Below are positions 14,399-27,860 of a stretch of DNA of 64,000 nucleotides, in pieces (position 1 is the first letter of the stretch; each line of letters begins with the position of its first letter). The notes beneath the pieces were generated by a model that worked only from the letters and a program-made list of their open reading frames with translations, did no database searches and was not told the origin of the DNA. Location of the stretch: the NCBI RefSeq assembly GCF_009914755.1, contig NC_060927.1, one strand, 5' to 3'. Source of the DNA: the human T2T-CHM13v2.0 reference genome, Homo sapiens. A program made the position numbers and the translations under genes.

Positions 14399-17300
14399 CA
14401 GCACCTGCTTGCAGGGCAGCCTCAGGTAGTGCCCTTGGGGACTGCACTGTAGCTCCTGTGCTGGCTGACAGTGCCTTACCAGTGGGAGCTCCAGTAGGGT
14501 GGCCCTTATGGCCACATACCAGCCAGCCTGCTCTTTCTCCACACTGTAGCTTCCCCTAGGCCCATGGCAACCCCCACATTGTGTTGCTGGTGTGTGTGTG
14601 CATGGGCAGGCCTTTCTCTTCCTTGCCTTGCTTGTGAACGTGTGTGTGTGTGTGTGCACCCTGCCCTATTGCTGCTGTGGCAAGAGTACATTCCACACAC
14701 CTCTACCACTGGACCTCCATTGTAATCAAAGCCTTGGCAGGCACAGAGCAGGTCAATCCTACCCCCTCCCACACCCTGCCCTTATACCAACAATGCCATG
14801 GGAGTAAAATTAGGCACAGAGAACAGTGGACTTTCCAGCTCCCTAAGTGACCACCCCAGCTTTCAGTGCACAGAGAATGCACACAGACCTGTGCCCAAGT
14901 GCAGACTGCTCACGAGTTGTGCTGCCTCTGCCATCATGGTGAATGTCCACATAGAGGCAGGCACTCCAGCACCCACCAGCATCCTGTTGCAGCCAAAGAG
15001 CGTTCAGCCTTCTGTGCTGCCACAGCCACTGCAGCTGACATGTACAAAAAGGACAGATCCCATTGACACTGCACTGTGAAATGCATTGGCTGACACCACC
15101 CATCAGAGTGTAGTGACCAGTGGTCTGGGAAGCACCTTTCCCAACTCCAGTGCAGTGGACTCGTGATCTCGAGGAGCCAGAGAACAAAGTCAGGGCCTGA
15201 TATAAGTTCCCCAGAGTTAAGAGTACACAGTCCAGGAGTTTGGAGCTAAGCATTGCTCCCCTACAGTCTTCCAGAAATGAAGCCAGTTGGCTGATTCCAC
15301 CTTATATCACAATCAAATTTTCAAGGTCATCAAATAGGAAAGGAAAAAACACCCAAAGGTCAGCAGCTTCAAAGATTGAAGAAACATCAGCCCACAAAGA
15401 TGAGAAAGAACCAATTCAAATACTTCTTTGACAACTTAAAAAACCAGAGTGCCTTCTTCCCTCCAAAGTTCCATACCACCTCTACAGCATGGGATCTGAA
15501 CTGGGCTGAAATGGTTGAAATGACAGAAACAGAATTCAGAATATGGATAGGACTGAAGATCATTGAGATGCAGGAATATGTTGAAACCCAATACAAGGAA
15601 ACAAAGAATCACATTAAAATGATACAGGAGCTGACAGGCAAACAAACAACCAGTATAGAAAAGAATGTAACTGACCTGATTGATAGAGCTGAAAAGCACA
15701 CTACAAGAGTTTCATAATGGAATCAAAGAATTAATAGCAGAACAGATAAAGTTGAGGAAATAATCTCAGAGCTTGAAGACTGGCTTTCTGAAATAAGACA
15801 GTCAGTCAAGAATAGAGAAGAAAATGAAAATGAATGAACAAAACTTCCAAGAAATATGGGATGACATAAAGAGACTGAATCTACAACTCATTGATGGCCC
15901 CGAAAGAGATGGGGAGAGAGTAAGCACTTTGAAAAAGTATATTACTCATGAGAACTTTCCCAATCAAGCTATGGAGGCCAACATTCTAATTCAGGAAATT
16001 AGAATGGGCTTACAGAGAAGCCCAGTAAGATACAGCACAAGAAGATCATTCCCAAGATGCATAATCATCAGACTCTCCAAGGTCAAAATGAAAGAAAAAA
16101 TGTTAAAGGCAGCTAGAGAGAACAGTCAGTTAACCTACAACGGGAAACCCATAAGACTAACAGTGGACCTTCCAGCAGAAACCCTATAAGCCAGAAGAGA
16201 TTGGGGGCCAATATTCAACATTCTTAAAGAAATGGAATTCCAACCCCAAATTTCATATCCAGCCAAACTAAGCTTCATAAGTGAAGGAGAGATAAGATCC
16301 TTTTCAGACAAGATAATGCTAAGGAAATTTGTTACCTCTAGACCTGCCTTACAAGAGCTCCTGAAGGAAACACTAACTATGGAAAGGTAAGACCATTACC
16401 AGCCACTACAAAAACACAACTAAGTACATGGACCAGTGACACTATAAAGCACAACAAACAAGTCTGCATAATAACCAGGTAACATCATGATTACAGGATC
16501 AAATCCACACATGTCAATACTAACCTTGAATGTAAATGGGCTAAATGCCCCAATTAAAAGGCACAAAGTGGTAAGATGAATAAAGAACCAAGACCCAGTG
16601 GTATGCTGTCTTCAAGAGACCCATCTCACATGCAATGACATGCATAGGCTCAAAATAAAGAGTTGGAGAAAAATTTACCAAGCAAATGGAAAACAGAAAA
16701 AAGCAGGGGTTGAAATCCTAATTTCAGACAAAAGAGACTTTAAACCAACAAAGATTAAAAAAAGACAAAGAAGGGCATTACATAATGGTAAAAGGTTCAA
16801 TGCAGCAAGAAGGCTTAACTATTCTAAATATATATGCACTAAACACAGGAGGAGCCAGATCCGTAAAGCAAGTTCTTAAAGACCTTCAAAGAGATTTAGA
16901 CTTCCACACATTAATAATGGGAGGCTGTAACACCCAACTGACAGTATTAGACAGACCTTCAAGGCAGAAAATTAACAAAGATAGTCAGGACATGAACTCG
17001 CCACTGGATGGACCTAATCAACATCCACAAAACTCTCCACGCAAAAGTAACAGAATATACGTTCTTCTTACCACTACATGACACATACTCTAAAATTAAC
17101 CACATAATCAGACACAAAACACTCCTCAGCAAATGCAAAAGAACTGAAATCATAATAACAACTCTCTTAAATTGCAGTACAATCAAATTAGAAATTAAGA
17201 CTAAGATATTTACTCAAAATCATACAATTATATGGAAATTGAATAACCTGCTCCTAAATGACTTTTGAATTAATAATGGAATTAAGGCAGAAATCAAGAA

Positions 17301-18640
17301 GTTCTTTGAAACTCATGGGAACAAAGATACAACATAACATAGTCTGTGGGACACAGTTAAGGCAGTGTTAAGAGGGAAAGTTATAGTACTGAAGGCCTAC
17401 ATCAAAAAGTTAGAGAGATTTCAATTTAGCAACCTAACATCACAACCAACCCCAAAGGTAGCAGAAGATAAGAAATAACCAAAATCAGAGCTGAACTGAA
17501 GGAGACTGAGACACACAGAAAAACTATTCAAAAGATCAGTGAATATAAGAATTGGGTTTTCAAAAAATGTGTAAAATAGATAGACGTCTAGATAGATTAA
17601 TAAAGATGAAAAGGTCCAATTTAACAAAATTAGAAATGATAAAGTGGATATTATCACTGACCCCACAGAGGTACAAACAACAGAGAATATTATGAACACC
17701 CCTATACACAAATACTAGGAAGTCTAGAAGAAATGAATAAATTCTTGGACATATACACCCTCCCAAGACTGAACCAGAAAGAAATAGAATCCCTTCACAG
17801 ACCAATAATGACCTCCAAAATTGAATCAGTAATAAATAGCCTACCAACCAAAAAAAGCCCAGGACCAGACAGATTCACAACAAAATTCTTCCATTTGTAC
17901 AAAGAGAAGCTGGTACCATTTCTACTGAACCTATCCCTCCAAAAAATGAGGAGCGATTCTTCTCTATCTCATGCTATGAGGCCAGCCTCATCCTGTACAA
18001 AAACCTGTCAGAGGCACAACAAAAAAAGAGAAAACTTTAGGCCAATATCCTTGGTGAACATTGATGCAAAAATCTCCAACAAAGTATTGGCAAACTGAAT
18101 CCAGCAGCACATTAGAAATCTTATTCATCACAATCAAGTAGGCTTTATCCCCTGGGATGTAAGATTGGTTCCACATATGCAAATCAATCAATGTGATTCA
18201 TCACATAAACAGAACTAAAGACAAATACCACCTGATTATCTCAATACATTCAGAAAAGGCTTTTGATAAAATTCAATACCCTTTCATGTTAAAAACTCTC
18301 AATAAACTAGGTATTCAAGGGACATACCTCAAAATAATAAGAGCCATCTATGACAAACCCATGGCCAACATCATACTAAATGGGCAAAACCTGGAAACAT
18401 TCCGCTTGAAAACCAGCACAAAACAAGGATGTCTTCTCTCACCACTTCTATTCAACATAGAATTGGAAGTCCTGGCCAGAGCAATCAGGCAAATAAAGGG
18501 CATCCAAATAGGAAGAGAGAAAGTCAAACTATCCCTGTTTGCAGATGACATAATCCTTTATCCAGAAAACCCCATAGTCTTGGCCCAAAAGCTCCTTAAG
18601 CTGATAAACAGCTTCATCAGTCTCAGGATAGAAAATCAAT
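14399..18640 (+). mobile_element. Long L1 (L1PA15/16-like) with 5' UTR, ORF1 and ORF2 EN to mid-RT; 3'-truncated
   Basis: ORF1 pieces 15376-15717 and 15824-16189 (ENFPN..PRCIIIRLSK); ORF2 start ~16488; EN piece 16598 (CCLQETHL); RT piece 18193-18657 (SLFADD). Confidence 0.94.
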
Positions 18641-18657
18641 GTATGTACGAGATTTGA
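18193..18657 (+). pseudogene. Decayed L1 ORF2 RT fragment containing the FADD catalytic motif
   Basis: [11 protein letters not shown]...[12 protein letters not shown]...[11 protein letters not shown]; flanked by stops and frameshifts. Confidence 0.9.
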
Positions 18658-18945
18658 AATCCACCTAAGTGTCTATCTATCAACAAATGAAAGGATTAAT
18701 AAAATGTGGTACATATACACAAAGAAATGTTATTTAGACCTAAAAAGAATGGAATTCTGTCAGTTGCAACAACACGAATGGAACTGGAGGACATTATGTT
18801 AAGTGAAATGAGACAGGCACAGAAAGAACATTTTCACATGTTCTCACTCATATGTGGGAACTAAAAATTAAAACAAATAACTCATGGAGATAGAGAGAAT
18901 GATGATTACCAGAGGCTGGGAAAAACAGCAGGGAGTGGAGAGATG
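18645..18945 (+). mobile_element. L1MA-like ORF2 end and start of 3' UTR
   Basis: 'ggaactggaggacattatgttaagtgaaat...atgttctcactcatatgtggga...ttaccagaggctggg'. Confidence 0.8.
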
Positions 18946-19995
18946 CCCATTGATGGACGAATGGATTTTTAACGACGTAGTATACAATCACATGCCATAT
19001 AATGACTTTTTGGTCAACTCCAAACTGCATGTATGACAGTGGTCCTATAAGACTACAACAAAAAATTCCTATCACTTGATGACATCATAGGTCTTGTAGC
19101 CATTGTAACATCATAATGTCATAGCGCAATTACTTAATTTTTAGGTAAATTTGGTGTAGCTTAAGTATATGATTTTATACAGTAGTGTATGGTAATGTCC
19201 TGGGCCTTCACATTCACTCACCAGTCAGTCACTGACACCTAGGGCAACTTTCAGTCCTGCATCCTCCATTCATAGTGAGTCCACTATACCAGTTACCATT
19301 TTTAATCTTTTGTACTGTATTTTTACTGCACTTTTTTCTATGTTTAGATATGTTTAGGTGCTCAAATACTTACCACTGTGCCACAATTGCCTATAATTGC
19401 CACAATTGCCTACAGTTACCTACTGTATCAGTACAGTAACCTGCTGTACAGGGTTGTAGCCTAGGAGTCATAGGCTATACCACATTGCCTAGGTGTGTAG
19501 TAGACTATATCACCTAGGTTTGTGTAAGTGTACTCTGTCATGCTTGCACAGTGACACAATTGCCTAAGGACATAGTTCTCAGGATGTATTCCTATTGTTA
19601 TGTGATACACGGCTGTATATACACAATGGAATATGATTCAGCCTTTAAAAAGAAAAATCCTGCAGAATGCAATGACATAGATAAACCTTGAAAACATTAT
19701 GCTAAGTGAAATAAGCTAGTCACAGAAGGACAAGTACTGCATGTTCCACTTATAAAAGATATCTAAAATAGCCAAGCTCATGGAAGCAAATCATAAAATT
19801 GTGGTTTCCAGGGATTAGGGCTGGAGGAAACTGAGTTGCTAACCAACATGTATAAAATCTTAGTTATGGAAAATTAATAATTTCTGGAGATCTTCTGTAC
19901 AATATTATTCCTATTGATAAAGTACTGTATTGTACAATTTAAAATCTATTAAAAGAGAAAATCTCATGTTAAGTATTTTTACCACAATAATACTT
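18946..19995 (+). mobile_element. L1MB-like 3' end, split by Tigger3
   Basis: 'gtagtata|tatacacaatggaata' joins across the insertion; ends 'atctcatgttaagtatttttaccacaataa'. Confidence 0.8.
18985..19615. mobile_element. Tigger3 / MER7-family element (~630 bp)
   Basis: Degenerate inverted termini caatcacatgccatataatgac ... gttatgtgatacacggctg; TA duplication on both sides; MER7-type body. Confidence 0.85.
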
Positions 19996-19999
19996 TTTA

Positions 20000-20160
20000 A
20001 AAAGCTGACATATTTAAAGGGAGAAATACACAATTTCTCTAAAACTTGGAGATTTTAGTATATATCTCTCAGCAATTAAAAGACCAGCTAGACAAAAATA
20101 AATTAGTAAATAAATACAGAACTTGAACCAATTATCAACTACCTTGGCTACTATTTATAA
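20000..20160 (+). mobile_element. Ancient L1M endonuclease-region relic
   Basis: 'aagggagaaatacacaat...ttggagattttag...ctctcagcaatt...agacaaaaa' resembles the L1 EN GDFN region. Confidence 0.55.
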
Positions 20161-20264
20161 AAATAAAGGGGAAACATCTGTCTTCCGAATTTAGATAATA
20201 ATATTATTTTAAAATTACAGGATTTTATTTATTTATTTACTTTTACTTTTCTATTTGTTCATTT

Positions 20265-21300
20265 TTAAAAAAATTTTACTTTAAGTTCCAGGATACATGT
20301 GCAGAACGTGCAGATTTGTTACATAGGTATACATTTGCCATGGTGGTTTCCTGCACCTATCAACCTATCATCTAGGTTTTAAGCCCCACATCCATTAGGT
20401 TATTTGTCCTAATGCTCTCCTTCCCCTTGCCCCCCACACCCTGACAGGCTCTTGTATGTGTTATTTGCCTCCCTGTGTCCATGTGTTCTCATTGTTCAAC
20501 TCCCACTTATACGTGAGAATATGTGGCACTTGGTTTTCTGTTCCTGTGTTAGTTTGCTGAGGATGATTGGCTTCCAGCTTCAACCATGTCCCTCCAAAGG
20601 ACATGAATTCATTTTTTATGGCTGCATAGTATTCCATGTATATAGGTACCACATTTTCTTTATCCAGTCTATCATTGATGGGCATTTGGGTTGGTTCCAA
20701 ATCTTTGCTATTGTGAATAGTGCTGCAATAAACATATATGTACCTGTGTCTTTATAGTAGAATGATTTATATTTCTTTTGGTATATACCAAAGGGATATA
20801 CTGTTAAGTGGCTTTCTCGACAGTAATGGGATTTCTGGGTCAAATGATATTTCCGGTTCTAGACCCTTGAGGAATCACCACACTGTCTTCCACAATGGTT
20901 GAACTAATTGACATTCACACCAACAGTGTAAAAGCATCCCTATTTCTTTCTCCACAGCCTCGTCAGAATCTATTGTTTCCTGACTTTTAAATGATCACCA
21001 TTCTGGCTGGCATGAGATATTATGGCATTGTGGTTTTGATTTGCATTTCTCTAAGGATCAGTGATGATGAGCTTTTTTTCATGTTTGTTGGCCACATAGA
21101 TGTCTTCCTTTGCCCACTTTTTCATTGGGTTGTTCTTTTCTTGTAAATTTGTTTAAGTTCCTTGTAGATTCTGGATATTAGACCTTTGTCAGATGGGCAG
21201 ATTGCAAAAATTTTCTCCCATTCTGTAGGTTGTCTGTTCACTCTGATGCTAGTTTCTTTTGCTGTGCAGAAGCTCTCTAGTTTACTTTTGGCTTTTGTTG
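20265..21300 (-). mobile_element. L1PA8-10-like 3' ~1 kb
   Basis: 'ttttactttaagttccaggatacatgtgcagaacgtgcag...catctaggttttaagccccaca'; ORF2 C-terminal frames ([21 protein letters not shown]; [14 protein letters not shown]). Confidence 0.93.
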
Positions 21301-21527
21301 TTTTCATCATTCATTCCTTTTTTGAGACATTACTCAGTAAATGTCTGACTTCCACATATATAAAATATATTTTGATTCCCTTTTTATTTGTTGCTTCATA
21401 TTAAGAAGAAGATTAAATTTCCAAATTTTTGGTTCCTTATGTTCAGTGCTTCCTCTTCCTGTCTCCTACTTATTCTAATAAAGTATTTTTAAATATTTTG
21501 CAGTGTACTAAATTTTTTCCATCCATC

Positions 21528-21530
<3 letters not shown>

Positions 21531-21573
<43 letters not shown>
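21531..21573. repeat. (AC)~21 microsatellite
   Basis: Uninterrupted dinucleotide run. Confidence 0.97.
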
Positions 21574-21577
<4 letters not shown>

Positions 21578-21644
21578 CATTTAATTGGTTAGAAGAATAT
21601 CAAAAAATAAATTTCTCTTGATCATTTTCTGTTAATTTTCTATT

Positions 21645-21720
21645 GATCTATCTAGCTATTATCTATCTATCAGATCTATCTATCAATCATATCTATTATC
21701 TATCTATCTGTCATCTATGT
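21645..21720. repeat. Degenerate (TCTA)n tetranucleotide repeat
   Basis: Direct reading of the sequence. Confidence 0.8.
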
Positions 21721-21925
21721 CATCTTAATGTGTTCATAATTTATATTGTGCTCTGGTGTTGCTCTCTTAACTGACAATGATTTGGCTCACCCGAGAGTAT
21801 AGCCACTGATGGTTCTAACAACAAAAGTTAATCTTATTTTTTGGCTAATCAGTAGTACACGTACCCATTAAGGAGGCCAGGAGGTTTTATACTCTAATCA
21901 CATTGCCACTACTGGGTAAGTGCTG

Positions 21926-21961
21926 GTGCTGGGATTACAGGCGTGAGCCATTGCCCTGGCC
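21926..21961 (-). mobile_element. Isolated Alu 5'-end remnant (~36 bp)
   Basis: gtgctgggattacaggcgtgagccattgccctggcc is the reverse complement of the first ~36 nt of Alu. Confidence 0.85.
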
Positions 21962-22134
21962 AGGGCTTTTAAATTATCTGAAAATTTGACATAATTCTTC
22001 ATCAAACCAAAGCAAAATGTCATAAAATCAGTTGCTTCACAGTTCTAAAGGAACTATTCATAAAAGTTATGATACCTTACTTTTATTTTACACTTCCATA
22101 AGTGATTTACAGACACAATTTAACTCTTCTTTCT

Positions 22135-22265
22135 TAAAACCTCAATGAGGTAGGCAGATATGTAATTGCATATCTTGAAACTCCTAGATGTTAAGGGACT
22201 TTCTTAAGGTTACACGGCAATCTCTTTGCAAGGTAGGATTGCGTACTAGATCTTGAGATCCAGTT
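22135..22265 (-). mobile_element. MIR fragment
   Basis: 'aatgaggtaggc...gatgttaagggactttcttaaggttacacggc'. Confidence 0.55.
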
Positions 22266-22521
22266 TTCAGAAAATTATAAAAACATTCCAATGTAATATT
22301 TGTTTGAAAATGTTTTAAAGCTTATTTCAAAATTATGTTGCCCTAGAATAGTATTCATTTTATGCAAGTTTCTAACTCTGAAGAAACTTGAGAACTATCT
22401 AGTTTTTGAGGATTCCTATAATATAATACATGTGACATTCCTACTGGGGGTAGTAAAGTCACACTCTTAAGCACCGCATTATGATGTGTTTGCCTCACAT
22501 GGAAACTATGTGTCACTGTAA

Positions 22522-22728
22522 CAGGATTTCCCAAATTAGCACCGTTGACATTTTGGACCAGATAATGCTTTGTTATGAGGAATTACTGCGTGCATTGTAG
22601 GCTGTTTATCACCATCCCTGGCCTCTACCAACTAGACACCAGTAACAACTCGCCAGTTATGACAGATAATGCCTCCAAATGTTGTCAAATCCCTTGTGGG
22701 GCAAAATCATTTCCTGCAGAGAATTGTT
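22522..22728 (-). mobile_element. MER20 (hAT-Charlie)
   Basis: 'ttgacattttggaccagataat...gcattgtagg...catccctggcctctaccaactagacaccagta...ggggcaaaatc' is the reverse complement of MER20. Confidence 0.85.
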
Positions 22729-23037
22729 ATTATAATTTGACTGACTATCCAAGTAAGTGAAACTGTGGAAAACTGGCGGTTCCTTTCCATGTTCTCAATA
22801 ACTTGAGTATTGATTCACAAATTTGGAAGGATAAGGTTAGAATGAGGTTTCTAGAACCTCATTTGAATATAGAGTTAGTTAGTGAAAAAAAAGCCCCTTT
22901 CCCTGACTTTTAGGTCAGAAAGTAATTTTGACAAAAGATAAATTCTCTGTGTAAAGACATAAAAAGCCTTCTTTGCGCATGGGAATGGCTAACATGTCTG
23001 GAGATAATAGAGCTACAATCAAATAAGAGACTTTTAG

Positions 23038-23358
<321 letters not shown>

Positions 23359-23929
23359 GGAGAAATCTTATTTTTACAGATTTGGGCCAAACCAAAACTT
23401 GTTTGAAATAACTAATCCAGAGGAATTTTCATGACTTCTTATGGAGTAGCAATTCAGGAAATAAAAGTATTAACTAGTACTTTAATATTTGTTATACAAA
23501 TGCGTTCATAATTAATATTGATAAAAAGATTAGAAATTGATAAAAAGAAAAAAAAATCTTTACCAAATAGGATTAAGAAACTATCTTCTACTTCTGTCAG
23601 AATTTTACTGATTGTGTTGTTTAGGCTGTACTGAAATTTTGGTGCTACATTTTTGTTCTGCCCATGAATTTTTTGATTAGATCAAAACTTTCATTACTAA
23701 CAGGACATGATTCCCAGCCTCTGCCATCAGTTGTTTAGCAATTATAATAACGACATTAAGCTTCCTTCAATATTCTCTACTAAATGCCTGCTTTCAGTAA
23801 GTCATTGCTCTAGAAATATCTATGTTCTGCATTTTAGTTCCTCCTTGACTTTGGGAGGAACTTATAAACCTGCTCCTTTGACAGGAGGATTAACTGCTAG
23901 ATTTAGGATTGATCTATAAATAAGGTCTT

Positions 23930-24100
23930 GATAATACCTTCTGGAAGTTATATATTAATAGTCTCATTTTACAGATGAGAAAGTTGAGACACTGAGATGT
24001 TAAATAACTTGCCCATGTTACAGATTAGGGACATAGCAGAGATTCAAACTCAAGGCTGTCTGATGACCAAGATTATGTTCCATCATACCGCAGTGCCTTC
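23930..24100 (-). mobile_element. MIR SINE
   Basis: 'ctcattttacagatgagaaagttgagacactgagatgttaaataacttgccca...gattcaaactcaag'. Confidence 0.85.
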
Positions 24101-24339
24101 CTGTCTCCCATGAAAGGAGGTAGCAGCATTCTCATAGACTCTTAAGCGACTAATATATGGTATATGTGTATATTTATACATGTAATACACACACATATTT
24201 TTAGCTATGGTATAATTGGGGGTGGATGGGGAGTAGAGTAATGTTGAATACTGAAGCAAGAGAGAAAAGTCAGAATTGAAAAGGATCCCAAGTATGAAAC
24301 GATGTTTGGGAAGGTAGCCTATTTATTATTTTATTTATT

Positions 24340-24455
24340 ATGTATCCATCTATTTGTTCAATCTTTTATTCATTCATTCAACAGGCACATATTAAGCCTA
24401 GAATGTGCTAGCCAATGTGGTACTGGACTGACGTGGCTCATGGATCTCATGGTGG
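24340..24455 (-). mobile_element. L2 3' end
   Basis: 'attcattcattcaacaggcacatattaagcctagaatgtgctagcc'. Confidence 0.6.
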
Positions 24456-26209
24456 GAACTACATAGAGTGGACTTATGAGAAAAGCCAGCTGGGGCTCCA
24501 GGAGCATCACGGAGCAAAGAGAGGTATTACTATCTGTGGGGTAAAGGGAAAGACGTCAAAAACCTGATTGGGGCACCACTCAGGGAGAAAAAGGAGAGAA
24601 ATCTGTACCTACTTTACAGATGTGTCTGGGGATATTGTCTACATGAAATTAATTACCGCTCCCAGCTCAGCCTTTACAGCTCCATGACCTTACCAGTAGT
24701 TACAAGGGTATTAATATACTTGTAGCTACTTACCTGCATACTTGCTTTCGCATCTAACGCAGCTCTGATGTAGCAGGTATTTGTGGTGTCAAGAGAACAA
24801 TAAGAACATGACTAAGATTCAGTCAGAATCACCAGTTTACTTAATTGGTCCTCATTTGACATTATAGGTTCCCATATTGAGGCCAGTCCATACATCTTTA
24901 TACAAAAATTTGAGCTTAAAATTTAGCCTTTTAAGAAACATAGAATTCATTTTAATCTGGAAATTTTTATTTTAGGAACTCCTAGACCAAATGGGAAATA
25001 ATTATAGCACAGTAATACAATCTTTGATTGTTTTTGTGTGTTATTAAAATGAGCTGCATAATAAACATACATAAGGCAGTTGTATTGTAATTGAATATAA
25101 AATGGTTTGCATGACTAACATGAAATTTTTTTCTAAATATTCTTAATATTGTTTTATTTTTGGTTTATAAATGTCATTAGTATCAAGTGACAGCAAATAT
25201 ATGGGTTAATCTGGCCTGGGAATTCACAAGAAATAAAGTGCAACTAGTAATTCAAGTTATTTTCTCTACACAGTGGTAATGTTCATTAAATTACAAATAA
25301 CTATTATGGAGTAGTGAGGGGGTTTGCAATGGAATTTAAAAGAGCTGTTGCACTCATGAGTATAATTTTATCCCTTGCAAATTATGGCATGTCTGTTTAT
25401 AGTAATAAGGTATTATAGAGATCACTGAGTCATAGGTAGTTCACATGGGAAGATGCTATAGTTTTCTAACCTTTTCCCAGTTGATGTTACCATTGGAAGC
25501 CAGAGTTATAACATATCAGTGACAACACAGGGCCATGCTCCCCCTCTTACCCCCATGACTCCCTAAATCCATGTAACTGAGTCCGATTGCCAGATATGCA
25601 ATTCTCATGTAGAATGAGTGCCCCATGGTTTCAGACCCTCCACTCGTATCTCTTTGGTTATGCAACACCTCCTCAAACAAGCAATAGCATCAGAAAACCA
25701 GCTTGCTTTCCTTCGAGTGAGGTGTTGGTTTTGTCTGTGCTTGAGCTTTTCAGGCCTCATTTTCACTATAGGACCAGTGAATAACTCTGGATGGCAGATA
25801 AATCATAGGGTGGAGAGAAAGGAGTAGAAGGCTTCAATGATGATACCCTGTTTCCGTCAATGACAGGTAAGATTTTCAAACTGAAGCTGGTGAAAGACTT
25901 GAGTAAGTTTATTTGCAAGTCAAGCCTGTTTGAGGTATTCTGTTACTGGAATATCCCCAGGCTTCATTGGTCTGTGGTTACAAATAAAGCTGGAATATTA
26001 ATAACATTCCAGTCTTGATGGCTTACTAACTCCAACTGCGACAGAAGCTATCAGGCCCCTTCAAAATTCCCTCTCCCAAGACTTTTCAGTTGTCCCTGGA
26101 GTATGTCCCATATGAGCTCTCCTGCAGGGCACTGCCGCTTTCTCACCAGGTCTCCACTGAGTACTTCTGTCTCTGCTGACAACCACTGATGTGTGTCTGT
26201 TGTCACAAG

Positions 26210-26718
26210 TAGTATCAGTTTCCTATTGCTACCATAACGAATTATCACAAAGTTTATGGTTTAAAATAATAGAAAATCATTATCTTATATTTCTGGAGGT
26301 CAGAAGTGTAAAATGGGTCTTATGGGGCTAAAATCAATATGTTGGCGGAGCTGCGTTCCTTCTAGGGGATTAAGGGGAGAATCTACTTCCTTGCCTTTTA
26401 CAGCTTCTAGAGGTTGCCTGCATTTCTCGGCTCCTGGACCCATCCTCCATTTTCAAAGTGCATCACTCCAAGCTCTGCTTCCATTTCCCCATGGCCACAT
26501 CTTTTTCTGACTCTTAACACTTCATCCTCCTTCTTACAAGGATTCTTATAATTAAACTGGACCCTCTTGGAAAATCTTGGGTAATCTCCCTACCTCAAGA
26601 TCCTGAGCTATTAGTAAATCATACCTGCCAGGTCCCCTTACCCTGTAAGGCAATATATTCACAGGTTCTGGGAATTAGGATGTGGAAATCTTTGGGGGCC
26701 ATTATTCGGCCCACGACA
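26210..26718 (-). mobile_element. MLT1 (C/D-like) MaLR solo LTR
   Basis: 'tatcagtttcctattgctaccataac...ttctggaggtcagaagt...ttccttgccttttacagcttctagagg...attcacaggttctggg'. Confidence 0.88.
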
Positions 26719-27860
26719 GAAGCTACCTGCCCATACATGGATGCTGCCATTTATCTCCACCAATGCCCTAGAATTCTTACAATACAGGAGTGGTGCTGGG
26801 TGCCAAAAACAAAAAAGAGGGTGGGGAGAAACAGGCATCACCCCGCTCTATGCATACCTCAGAAGCACATGCTTCAAAGTCCCCGTGAGAAAAGTTGTTC
26901 AGCTTCTACTTATGTTCCTGTCAATGAAGAGCTCTGATGAAGTTCATAGGCCTAGGCTGGGGCCATTCATCATGTGCTCTTCTCCATCCACTATACTTTA
27001 TTCCTGCAAGTGAACAGTCCCACATACAACCTCCTCCTGGTAGACCTTCTAATGTGGAGAATCAACACATGTATGTAGAGCTTGGGCATAGTCAACTCCT
27101 CAGTACCAACATGCCTAAATCTTAGCTCAGGCCTGCGTTCTCTTGATATAATTCATTAATTTGAGAATTCACTAATCCATCTTAATTCATTCCTGAAAAA
27201 ACTCACCACTAAATGAAAAGCCATTATATTAAAAATAAATGTTCTCATTAAATTTAATGAGAAAAATTACGATACATCCCATCTCAACCAGCCTCCTCCT
27301 AAGATATTGAAAGCATGCAATACTTGCACCTTCCTCTATGACATTCATATTAATAAATTCACATACAGTTCATTCACAATATGTGTTAAGATGGACCTGT
27401 AGTGGGGCTAGAAGTTGGATGGATGAAGAAAGAACTGCAAAGAGTGGATAACATTATAAATATAATGTTTAAAACTACTGAAAACAAGCACAGTTAACTC
27501 CAGCTTAAAAACATCTTCTGTTCATATAAATAATTGATATAATATTATGCACATTAGTGGCATAATCACTTTGGTAGATTCTCTGCTACCTCTGATAGAA
27601 GAATTTAATTAGCATAATTCTAATCAGAATGTAATATATAATGAAATCTGAACCATAAGGTAAAATATCACTTTTTATATTTATTTAATGGGGTTTGGGG
27701 TGAAAACCAGCTATATCAAGATAAAAAAGAATTGTTGGAAAAATGATAAAACTTTTAAAAGGACGATATTTACTTTTGCTACATGAAGAAAGCCTATATT
27801 TATTAGACACTTATTTATGCCAAGCTCAGGAATTTTAAGATAAAGGAAACAATCCCCATA

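Noticed and set aside
15376-18657. Possible active reverse transcriptase/endonuclease system
   Set aside because: Ordinary L1 ORF1/ORF2 broken by many frameshifts and stops, and 3'-truncated.
24425-24575. CRE-like (tgacgt, gacgtca) and CCAAT motifs suggesting a promoter
   Set aside because: Short motifs expected by chance; no CpG island or other promoter evidence.
25560-26200. Moderately GC-richer unique stretch with a donor-like 'acag|gtaaga' (~25866)
   Set aside because: No matching acceptor or coherent reading frame found; cannot support an exon or processed pseudogene.
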